Source: Antedon mediterranea (Eukaryota; Animalia; Echinodermata). Taken from it: a stretch of DNA of 64,000 nucleotides. Under the pieces are notes generated by a model. That model made no database searches. It had not been told where the DNA came from and saw nothing but the letters and a program-made list of their open reading frames with translations. The first letter of the stretch is position 1, and every line of letters starts with the position of its first letter. Positions 54,201 to 64,000 of this stretch are shown here, in pieces. A program made the position numbers and the translations under genes. The stretch is taken from NCBI RefSeq assembly GCF_964355755.1, contig NC_092672.1, positions 18,551,237 through 18,615,236 on the forward strand. Reading direction: 5' to 3'.

Positions 54201-55312
54201 GAAATAAGAGTACATTTCAGGCAATTTTAAGCGTTTACAAAATTGCTATGAGTGCGCATATTTTTGCGCGCGCACTGCGCGTTAAATGTTATTGCGCACT
54301 CTTTTTGCCCGATTTCTGTTTTCTTGACTTACTTTTCAACTCGAAATTACGTTATACGAGCACGTCGAAAGTGACAGGCTACGCACGTGTAAATTAAAAA
54401 AATATAAATGTTTTTAAACATTTCAACATTTTTAAACATGTTCAGTAATTTCGGTCAGTATAGTTCACTATGTCGGTCGGTCGGTCTGTCTGTCTGTCGG
54501 TCTGTCTGTCGGTCCGGTATCACTATGCATTGTAGCACGCGACTTAATGGCTGTTGGCCTTGTTTTGAAAAATCTTCTATTAAACATAATAGTAACATAT
54601 ATATTCTGAACAATCTGACACCAAAATGAACTTTCCACGCCAACCCAATAATGAGATATAGCAATTTGCCTGAAAAAAAACAGGTCAAAGGTCAAATATG
54701 GTATTTCTGGTCATTATTTTAGAAAAAACTTTATTATAGTAAATAGAAATGTTTATGTTCTGAGCATTTTGACACCAACATTAACTCTCTATGACAAGTA
54801 GTTTTATGGATATCAAAATATATTAACCGTAACAAGGTTGGTAATTACACCGTAACGGTCAAAGGCAAAACTGAGTACTTCCGGTCATTTTTGGATAAAA
54901 TGTTTCATTAAAACTAAATAGTAACATATATATTCTGAACAATTTGACACTTAAATAAACTGTCTGTGACAACTATTTACTGAGATATGGCAATGCCTTA
55001 AAATATGGGTCAAAGGTTAAAACTGGTACTTCCGGTCATTTTTTTCAAAAATACTTCATTAGAGTAAATAGGAATGTTTATGTTCTGAATATTTTGAGCT
55101 AAAAATCAACTCTCTATGACCAGTAGTTTCAGAGATATAGACTGTTTAAGCGAAAGTGTCCGCCATTTAAAATTATGCAAATTAGGTGACCCAAGGGGTC
55201 ATTTTGCTTGGCGCCCATCAAAAATTTAATTTGTATAGGGTGGGCAACCTGTATACCAAATTTGATGCTTTTGGAAAAAAGTGAACCAAAATATCCCTAA
55301 CAGACTCCACTA
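51236..55312. mobile_element. Foldback-like non-autonomous element with about 1.1-kb inverted arms (Academ-like)
   Basis: TAT|TAGTGGAGTCTGTTAGGG ... CCCTAACAGACTCCACTA|TAT. 51236-52345 is the reverse complement of 53420-55312 once the insertion at 53779-54562 is removed. Confidence 0.85.
53779..54562. mobile_element. Helentron/HINE (DINE-1-like) element inserted in a T-run of the foldback right arm
   Basis: TTTTTAGTCGCGTGGAAGCGACT start hairpin, (GTCG/GTCT)n microsatellites, CACGCGACT subTIR and GGCCTTGTT end, no TSD. Confidence 0.8.
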
Positions 55313-55414
55313 TATATAGTATTATTAGCCTCTCTCCCTGGATCTTTAGCCGCGCGACCACAGCTTTTCTTCTGTGATATTCGTTGTTGTGATACACATA
55401 GCATTGTGAGAAAC

Positions 55415-55541
55415 ATGGCAAGAACTTACTACTGTGACTATTGCCAGAGATCATTTACTGATAATGCTCAAAATAGAAAGAAACACATTAATGGAGTTCA
55501 ACATAAACGGATGATGAAGCTTCATTATGATTCATTCAAAG
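55415..55541 (+). CDS. ZMAT5: ZMAT5 (U11/U12 snRNP 20K, matrin-type zinc finger) first coding exon: MARTYYCDYCQRSFTDNAQNRKKHINGVQHKRMMKLHYDSFK
   Basis: aaacATGG start, U1C/matrin zinc finger YYCDYC..RKKH.NG.QH, donor AAAG|GTAAG after 127 nt. Closely matches the recalled human N-terminus [30 protein letters not shown]. Missed by the ORF track because it is under 60 aa. Exon 2 not found in the window. Confidence 0.92.
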
Positions 55542-56617
55542 GTAAGCCTAGAATATAGAGGCCTACTAGGCCTAGGCTAATAGCTAGCCTATATAGCCTA
55601 GGGCCTAGCTAGAGAGAGTATACAATACTAGCCTATTACCGGTGCTAGTTAACTAGCTAGGCCTAGGCTAGTAGTAGTAGGCCCTAGTTAGTAAGTATAG
55701 CCTAGGCCCTAGGCTAGGCTGGGTATTGGTCAACCTGTGCCCAAACCGGTCGAAATGGCCGCCAACCAAAGCGGCCGCCAGTTCAATTGACAATAACAGT
55801 AATCTATGTGGAACGATATGTGTGTGCGCCATCATTGGGGGGATATGACCGGTTGGGCCGCCGACAAGTTGAGCCGCCGGTGATTTCTATGAAACGCCCA
55901 GTGCATGCGTCTTTTACGACATTTTGCGTAGTGATTAGGGTGGTGTCCTACCTAGTCTAGTAGGCAGGACCTAGGCCTAGTACAAAGTTCATGGTCTTGG
56001 TTTATTGTGTCATGAAAATAAATAATATATAATTACATATTACAATTAACAACACAGCAAAGGAAAGTAAAGGTAAAGGTAATATTTAATAATTTAATTG
56101 TTTTTAATCTTTCGAGGAAAAAATTCAGTGCACTCATAATTTTTCTCCAGTGTAGGCCTACCACGTAAAGTCACGTTGTCTCTCAGGACTACCGTAATTA
56201 ATAGAGTATTAACATGCTTCGAATGAGGTTAAATAAATATTATTTTTTATTTACTAATCTTTTAATATCATATTTTATTGAATTTTACAATGTTAATACA
56301 CAAAATAATTTTACTAAAAAACGTGATTTTATGTAATTATTTTACCGAAAAATGGAGTAGGCCTAGTTCATACACCTGCCGACTGAGGGGCAACATGTTT
56401 ACGTCATTTTTGGCTAAAAACGATCAATTTCGGTGATGTTTTATATTTTGGAATCTACATACAAGCCAGATTTTCATAATTATTTCTTTAATTATAATAT
56501 TTAATAATATATACTAAAAACCATGATATATAAACTTTTGAATGTACATCGTTATCCCTAATATAAATAGAACGAGCACCGGCGAAAGTTAGCATTTGGC
56601 GTTCCATAAAACTTGGC

Positions 56618-58870
56618 CAGGGCTGCAAATTAACTTTTTTACTTGGTAGCACTATCAAATTTGTATGATGGCTCATAATAATTTTTGGTAGCACCACCAA
56701 TTTTTTTAGTACCTTTTCATCGACAACAACCCCCTTCCCTCAAACCCCATCCGCGCAGATCCGTTTTTAGTTTAGTTGGGGGGGGGGGGTATAAAAATAA
56801 AAAAATAAGTAATTATAGGTTGTTTCAATCGATTTCTGAGCACATAAATTGGGTTATGCACATTTTAGGCACTGGTCCTGATGCGCCACTTATATTCACG
56901 CAAGATTTATTCTTTTTACGGTACGGAAAGAAATTACTGCTTTGTATACGCGTAACCTTTCGTAGCCTACGCGTAAATAGACCGTAGGTCATTGTTCTCT
57001 AAACGTATCCTGCAATTTACAAAGTATTGTTCGTTGCCTACAATGTATTGTTTATGATAATATCTACGCGTCGATACACCAATGTCATCGCCTTTAGGAG
57101 CATGATCAATGGAAACAAACATGTATTTGTTGGCTAATTAAAATCCTAGAAGACGTTAATTTTTGTAGCCGCCCTACACATCGGTTGTCCTAATTTGGCA
57201 GGAAATCCGCTGACGAGACGACATCGGGCCCGAGGCCCTCAACTCACGCAGAGAGAGTTTCGGCGGCCTACATGATTCAATCCGGCCATTCAATCCTACC
57301 TTGGTTTAGCGAATTATAAAAACAACAACACCTTGGCTAGGACGCAAACAAAATATATGCAAAATAAATATATATTCCATGTTAAGATTTAACATAGGCC
57401 TTTGTAAATTATTATTACGATAAAAGGCCCGACCAGAATTTGGAGGGGAAAAACGTGCGAATTGTGGGAACAGTTTATAGAGGGAACTTCTAGAAGGGAT
57501 CCATGATAATAATGACTACCAATTACTGCTTTATCTATGTTCACTTTAATATCTTTTTTCTATTTTGTATATATTCATTCATTATTATCTAAATAAATAT
57601 TATCTGAATCTGAATAGAGCTGTATTATGTTTCATGTGACGCAAAATTCAGGTACAAGTACTCTGTTTTGTAGCCACGTGGTAAAACAGAGTATCGCGTT
57701 TCATGACATGTGACCAAAAAACTAGGTCTGTATTAATTACGGTCTTCTGTCGGCAGTCTTTTTGAGCGACCGATTGAACGTTCTGATACTATATTGGGCT
57801 ATATTTAGAATGAATTGTTTACGATCTTTTTGTTTGCATGTTTTTGGATCGACTGGACGTTCGATATATTATTTTTATTAGTTGGCATAGTTCATTGTGT
57901 TGGATCGTGTCTCGTATACGTTTACATTGTAGGAAATTTATATTCACCGTTGTTGAGAGTAAAAAAACACACACGAATGAAACATTTACGAATAAAAAAT
58001 ATTATATTATATATTTCTTAGTAATGTACAAATTGGTCCTCTTCCGCCAGTCAAAATTAACACATTAAATAATAATTTTCACACCTTGTTACTTACTATA
58101 GAACATCGTGAGGTTGTTTATTGAGGTTACTAACGAAGCCAAACAATGTAACCTACAAAGCCAACAACGTAGCCTGTTTTATCTACGAAGCTACTTCGTA
58201 GGAAAAGCTGCGGTATTTTCTCTGATATATAATTTTCGATATTAATCAGAATCTGGAATAAAGTATTAAATAAAAAACAATACTGCTGTTTAATCTATAT
58301 AATGAATTTATTATATATATCATTAATTACATTATTTAGTAATCATGATATAACCATTATACTGCCTAAAAAATGCTGATGGCTGCGCGGCGACAATCCT
58401 TAGTATCTGCCGCGCCCGCCCTGGCTAACTTCTGTGTACGGCGGTACAATTGTTTTTTTATATTCCTTCTTTAAAACGGAGGTGATTTTCCACGAGGTTT
58501 GTGTTGTCCGCGCGTCACACTGTGCTGTGTATTTGGTGTCCTTTTGTGTGATTGGGTAAGGCAGCATACAATAAATGGACGAACTTCCAATCACAACGAG
58601 TGTAAAATGTTTAGGGGCTTTGTACGCTTGAATGAACCTGACTCCTTTGCGGCGGCGGTGACTAGTGGAAACTCCTGAGCCTTCCGTAGAGTAGAGAGAG
58701 ATTAAATTACAACACAGTTAAATAGGGAAAACACACCTGACTTCAATTTGAAACAACTCGCACAAGCAGACGATCTTGTCGCGCTATGCGCGACCTATTC
58801 TGTTGCTTTAGTCGCAAACAGAAAAATTAGGTCGCAAATGCGACCAAATACCCCTTAATTTGCAGCCCTG
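56618..58870. mobile_element. hAT-like element with 5-bp TSD (hAT5-type) in ZMAT5 intron 1
   Basis: TTGGC|CAGGGCTGCAAATTAA ... TTAATTTGCAGCCCTG|TTGGC, with subterminal GGTAGCAC and GTCGCA/TGCGAC motifs. Confidence 0.85.
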
Positions 58871-59937
58871 TTGGCCTAATAATCCATCATTAGATCTGTG
58901 CTTTAATCTTTGATTGTTGTTCTTTGAATAGGTTTTCTTTACCTCCTCGGACTTAAATAACAATTTAAATACAGTCATGTAATAAAATACAGATTGAACT
59001 GAATGTGCTGGTAACTGCAGCATTTCATTTTTTTGATGTACGTTGCAAGGCTATATACTTTATGCATGCTGACTGCCAGTGATCTAAACAATAGGTACGC
59101 GGTTGTCTGGAGGTGTCCTTTGTACAAATCGTTCGTGCCCCATAAAAATTCGTATTTATTTTTCACATAAAAATCGGCAATTCATTTCCAACTCTTAGAA
59201 ATTTACAGACATGTATCGCTTGACATACGCTCTTACAGGAAAGAAAGGTACAGTATGAGTTATTCACGAACAAGTTTACGAATTGTTAAATTTACGAATT
59301 GGGGCACATATTTGGAGGATTTTCAGAGTCGTTTAAGGGAGGTTCACTGTACAGTAAAGGGGGAGCGGGGTTGCTCGAACCATAAAAAACCCCGGGCCTG
59401 CCATCGGTGTTGCCCATTCACTTTGTTTTACTTTGTGTATTACACTATCTATTGCCTTATTTTTCCTTATTTAACTCCTTTTTAACTTTCAATTTGTTGC
59501 GTAAAAGACAAACCTTGCTTTCATATAGACAGGGGTGACATTTTCTTAGTTTATGTGAGCTAGCTCATATTTCATACTGTACATTCATATGAATATTCAA
59601 ATATGTTGGTATATTTGTCAAATACCGTAACGCATTTAACTCTGAGTTACTACTACAGTACTATCATTTATCATACATTTATAATCGTTAATATCATCAT
59701 TGGATTTCACATTTAGGTTTTGTGTTATGTTTTTCCAGTCGAGCTTAATAACTGACATCCAATCTGAACCAAACAATGTAGGTTTATACCTACAGTATAG
59801 TCAGTAACTTAACATGGACATACTTTGGTACATCTGAAAACCCAATTCTTAAGTGGTTCTTGTGATGCACTTTTGGGTCAGATGTCAATATTTTTTCATG
59901 TAATTACTGTATTTTCCGGAGTATAGGTCGAGACTTT

Positions 59938-61556
59938 GGGTCTGTTTCTGCTGCATAACGCAATTTAACCGGTTATTTTAAAATAGATTAAAAATAGATA
60001 ACAATAACAAGACCGTGTTTCTGCTCAATTTGTGCTCCGAAATAACCGGTTAAATCTATGGGTGGTCGTCGAGCAAAACGTCATCATTACCCAAAATGCA
60101 ATACACTCAGACGGAAGTAGTAAGTTGGCTGTTTGTTTACATCGACGTCAGTACACACGTGTGTGATATCGCCATCTTAAACATGTTAACATAATAAAAT
60201 GTTGTCTACAAGTTTTGTTTTTTGTAAAGCCTACTTACCATCGTTAATAAAATTAATTCTCATGGCGTCTTCAATAACACGGGGAGGGTCGTGCAGCGCC
60301 CGATCGCCTAGGATAATTTTTATCTAGCCTAATTCCTCAACAAAGGCGATGACACACGGCCGGCCCTTCCCACGTGAACGACTGTTGTCTTTCGCGAGCC
60401 CGGTCCTACAAAAAACCAAACGGAAACAAAAACGAGACTCAGAATGTTGCAATACCTACCAAACGAGAGTAGATAATTGTTAATTAATTATGAAACCCCA
60501 ACTTTTATAGCAAAAATCGTCCGAATTTATGTTAAAAACGACGAGTTTAGCCACAAAAACTTAAATCAAACGAGAGTATCCAAGTCATAGAATATCGCAC
60601 GCACATAGTGCCTTTAATAGAATAATGAGTATTAAACATTGTTTCGTATATTTACAGTATGTACTAACATAATAACACATTTCTATGCTTAATAAAATCA
60701 TATTTAATATATTATCAAAGGCTCTGATAACCTTTGTTTTCGGTCGATGTGATGTTTTTCTAAAAAAATTATATGTAAAACGATCAAAGTAAGATTGTTC
60801 ATTGTTCTCCTATGAAAGGCACTAAGGCCGTGCCATAAATACGCTCGTTTGGATTAAGTTTTTGTTGCTAAATTCATCGTTTATAACATAAATTTGGATG
60901 ATTTTTGCTATAAAATTTGGGTTTTCATAATTAATTAACCATTATCTACTCTCGCTTGGTAGGTATTTGCAACATTCTGAGTCCCTTTTTTTTCCGTTTT
61001 GGTGTTTTTATAGGCCCATCCATACCCTTCGCGAGCGTGTACCTAATAACGCCTCAAATTGCTTAGCTTGGGTAGTCCCCGGAACTCCACCCCAAATTTC
61101 TATTTTACTTTTGCAAAAATGCTCTTATTTATTATCTGTGATTCTTTTCTATTGCCTTCCATCATTCCCTGTACTTTCTCTCCCCCCACAACTGAATAAC
61201 ATATCTTGTGATTTCATTCATCCACATACATGTTCACTTCTTCGTTCGACTGTCAAAACCACGAGGAAAACACACATCGTATGCGACGGTATCTGACCCG
61301 GGGTCACAACTGTCAATCAAATAACCGTTATTTCGTGTTGCAGCTAAGAATTGCTCAGCGATAACCGGTTAAACGGCGTTCTAACACTGATTTAAATTGG
61401 TGTTTTTAACCGGTTATTTTGCGCTGCCTTTTAACCGGTTACCACAAATTTGTCCTGTTTCTGCTGCCAAGAAAATGGAGTTAATTTATTCACACCGATT
61501 TTAATTTATGCACACCGATTTTAACCGGTTATTTTTTATGCAGCAGAAACAGGCCC
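59938..61556. mobile_element. PIF/Harbinger-like MITE (longest copy), nested
   Basis: TTT|GGGTCTGTTTCTGCTGCATAA ... TTATGCAGCAGAAACAGGCCC|TTT. Confidence 0.9.
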
Positions 61557-62108
61557 TTTGTGGGAAAGTTTTAATTGCAAAATCGAGGGGTCGACTTATA
61601 CTCCGACCATGCGATTTAAAAAAAAAATCAGGCCGAAAACATTTGTTCAAAAGCCGTCAGCTGTCAAGGCCTAGCTAGCAAGGTCAGTGGCCTATAATCA
61701 TCAATCACTCACAGAAGTTTTCAATTTAATACCTACATTGTACAAAATAATACAACTCCAACAAGTACTGGTCAATAAAATATTAATATATCACAAAGAC
61801 TCATTTTGATGTTTATATTACGCTTTTAAGATAATTAAGAATAAATAATTTTCGTTTGTGTTTTATATGCTTCGTATTCACTCGCGAAAACATCGTAACA
61901 CACACCACAAACGAACTACACGACGTTGGAATGTCCATGCAGCATGTTTGTTATTGCGCGATATTTTCATCTATACACATGCGCAGTTTGTTTGTTTGTT
62001 CGTAATTAGAATTACTGCGCATGTCTATTCATAAAATAAATTCTCCTTAGACGGGCACGTGTACATTTACAGATAACGCGATTTACAACTACTCGCCTGT
62101 ACAATATT

Positions 62109-62994
62109 AACTAGAAAGCCACTCCGAGAGTGCATACCTCCACCTACTATTAGTTGGGAAAGCCACTCGACAGTGTAGTTCTTTTGAACTGATCCACTTT
62201 TGGTTACCTGCAGGTGCTGATAGTACTTTTGTTCTGTTTTGTTGAATGATGCCGTACCTTGTTTATGATTTTTGTATGTTACCTGGAAATTGAATAAAAT
62301 AAAAAAATAAAATACTGTAAAATTCTCCTACATAAGATTTCTCCGGTAAAAAAAAAAATATATATTTTTAGTCTTAATGCTGTTTGTGATTTAGGCTAAT
62401 TTCATTACAAGCATGTGTATGCGAGTTTGGTGTAATGGTTATGTAACAAGCCTTTCAATTAACAATAGCTTCAGTTGACCAACAATAGAACAGCAACGCG
62501 AAAATCAAACGAGTGAATTTGAAAAGAAATAGGTTTTTTACACTACTCTCATCAAAAAACGTGCACATTAAATCAAATTATGTTTTAAAATTACAAATCA
62601 CAATTTATAACTCTTGCCTCTTGTTAAAAAATGAAGTTTTTTTGCACAAGTAGTTCTCGAGAAAATGCAATTTCAGTTTACTTGTTACTTTAAGACTGCT
62701 CGCCGGCTTTTGAAAAATTCTGTCCTATCTTTTAACAATAGCCGGTCTGAAAATAATATCATTTTTGTTATTTGTGAAGTTATTAATAAACCAATGTTGT
62801 TGATTTTCAATAGGCATGGTCTGAAAGTATATACCTATCTACACCCAAAAATTCAGGATAACTTGAAAACTGTAGGCGCTATCGTGCTAACAAACAAACA
62901 AACAAAGTGAATACTATACTTGGCAAAATTCTTTTTTGCCAAGTAACAAACAAACACACGCTACCGATTACATATACCTCCTTGGCAGAGGTAA
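62109..62994. mobile_element. Helentron/HINE-like element, nested, carrying extra insertions
   Basis: Same ends as 36065-36601. Extra segment about 62149-62312 ending in an A-rich tail, and a second (ACAA)n plus hairpin module (ACTTGGCAAAA..TTTTGCCAAGT) near 62888-62945. Confidence 0.75.
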
Positions 62995-63759
62995 GCCTCC
63001 TAACGGAAAACTCGTTTTAATTTATTCGAGTGACGCGAAAAAACATCGCTGATGGCAAGTACTGTAACGCTACATCGCTGTCATTTATTATAGGCTGGCG
63101 AAAGACTGCGGCGAAGTCGTGATACATATAATAATAATAGATTGTCTTATAAATATTATTGATTACATCTTAATAATATAAACAAACAACCACATTTCAT
63201 ACATTTCTAGCCCTCTTTGAACTTCAAAGTAAGTTGTGTTATTAGCTGATTTTGGGGGTCGACTTATATTCAGGTAATACCAAAATCAACGATATTCTAG
63301 GGCAAAGTTGGGGGTCAACTTATACTTGGGGTCGACCTATTCTCCGGAAAATATGGTATACCAATATCTTTATGGCACAGTATTTGAAATGCATCAATTC
63401 TTTGGGAATTAGGCTCAATTCAAAGCTGATGAATCATACGACGCATTGATTTTTATTAAAAGTCATTTGATTCATTATTTTACAAAAATTTGAAAAATGA
63501 TCTCATTTTTTTGGCTAAAATTTCATTTTTTTATTTGAATGAATAACAAATATTTTTGTAACATATATGCTTTAATTTTTTTTCGAACAACTTTTAAAAA
63601 CTGCCCTAACTACAGTAGATATATATATATACAGTACCGTAGGAGATTACTGTACTGTACAGTACGTAAATTAATAATGCAATATTACTGTATAAAGATT
63701 CTATAGTACTGTACATGTAAATGAGATATAACGATTTAACAGTTACCGTAGGAGATTCG

Positions 63760-64000
63760 TGGGTGGGTTTTAGTAGAACCCTACCTGGCCTTTCAGCCGC
63801 TCTGGGTGGGTTTTAGTAGAACCTCTACCTGGCCTTTCAGGCGCACTGGGTGGGTTTTAGTAGAACCTCTACCTGGCCTTTCAGCCGCTCTGGGTGGGTT
63901 TTAGTAGGACCCCTACCTGGCCTTTCAGCCGCTCTGGGTGGGTTTTAGTAGGACCCCTACCTGGCCTTTTAGCCGCTCTGGGTGGGTTTTAGTAGGACCC
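63760..64000. repeat. 43-44-bp GC-rich minisatellite running off the window end
   Basis: TGGGTGGGTTTTAGTAG(A/G)ACC(T/C)CTACCTGGCCTTTCAGCCGCTC, at least 5 copies. Confidence 0.95.

Larger units (their letters stand above)
59907..63356. mobile_element. Tc1/mariner-like MITE expanded by nested insertions
   Basis: TA|CTGTATTTTCCGGAGTATAGGTCGA ... TCGACCTATTCTCCGGAAAATATGG|TA, with internal GGGGTCGACTTATA repeats. A related fragment lies near 31735-31830. Confidence 0.8.

Noticed and set aside
59720-59785. Acceptor-like site as ZMAT5 exon 2
   Set aside because: In the required phase it hits TGA after five codons and shows no ZMAT5 similarity.
951-63449. The remaining 60-120 aa ORFs in the track
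   Set aside because: Low-complexity AT-rich translations, many starting at TTG or GTG or lying within MITEs. Exceptions are 44121-44471, which contains TMCO6 exon 2, and the LINE fragments annotated above.

Overview
AT-rich eukaryotic (animal) genomic DNA. The TAGGCCTA-rich tracts, transposon repertoire and Ig-gene style suggest a marine invertebrate such as an echinoderm, which is inference only. Three genes are supported. (1) An intronless 493-aa type I membrane receptor with three Ig domains and a tyrosine-rich tail (15959-17440, +). (2) The first five coding exons of TMCO6, an importin-alpha-like ARM protein (48427 down to 35848, -), which splice into one open frame; no later exon was found, so the Ig gene may be nested antisense in a very long TMCO6 intron. 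(3) The first coding exon of ZMAT5 (55415-55541, +), head-to-head with TMCO6. The rest is mostly non-autonomous transposons, often nested: Tc1/mariner, Harbinger, TTAA-specific, 5-bp-TSD hAT-like, P-like, Academ-like and Helentron/HINE-like elements, plus LINE relics, tRNA-derived SINEs and minisatellites. A Penelope-like inverted cluster with minimal hammerhead-ribozyme motifs lies about 0.6 kb upstream of the Ig exon. All coordinates were read by eye, and superfamily calls rest on TIR/TSD signatures rather than database searches.
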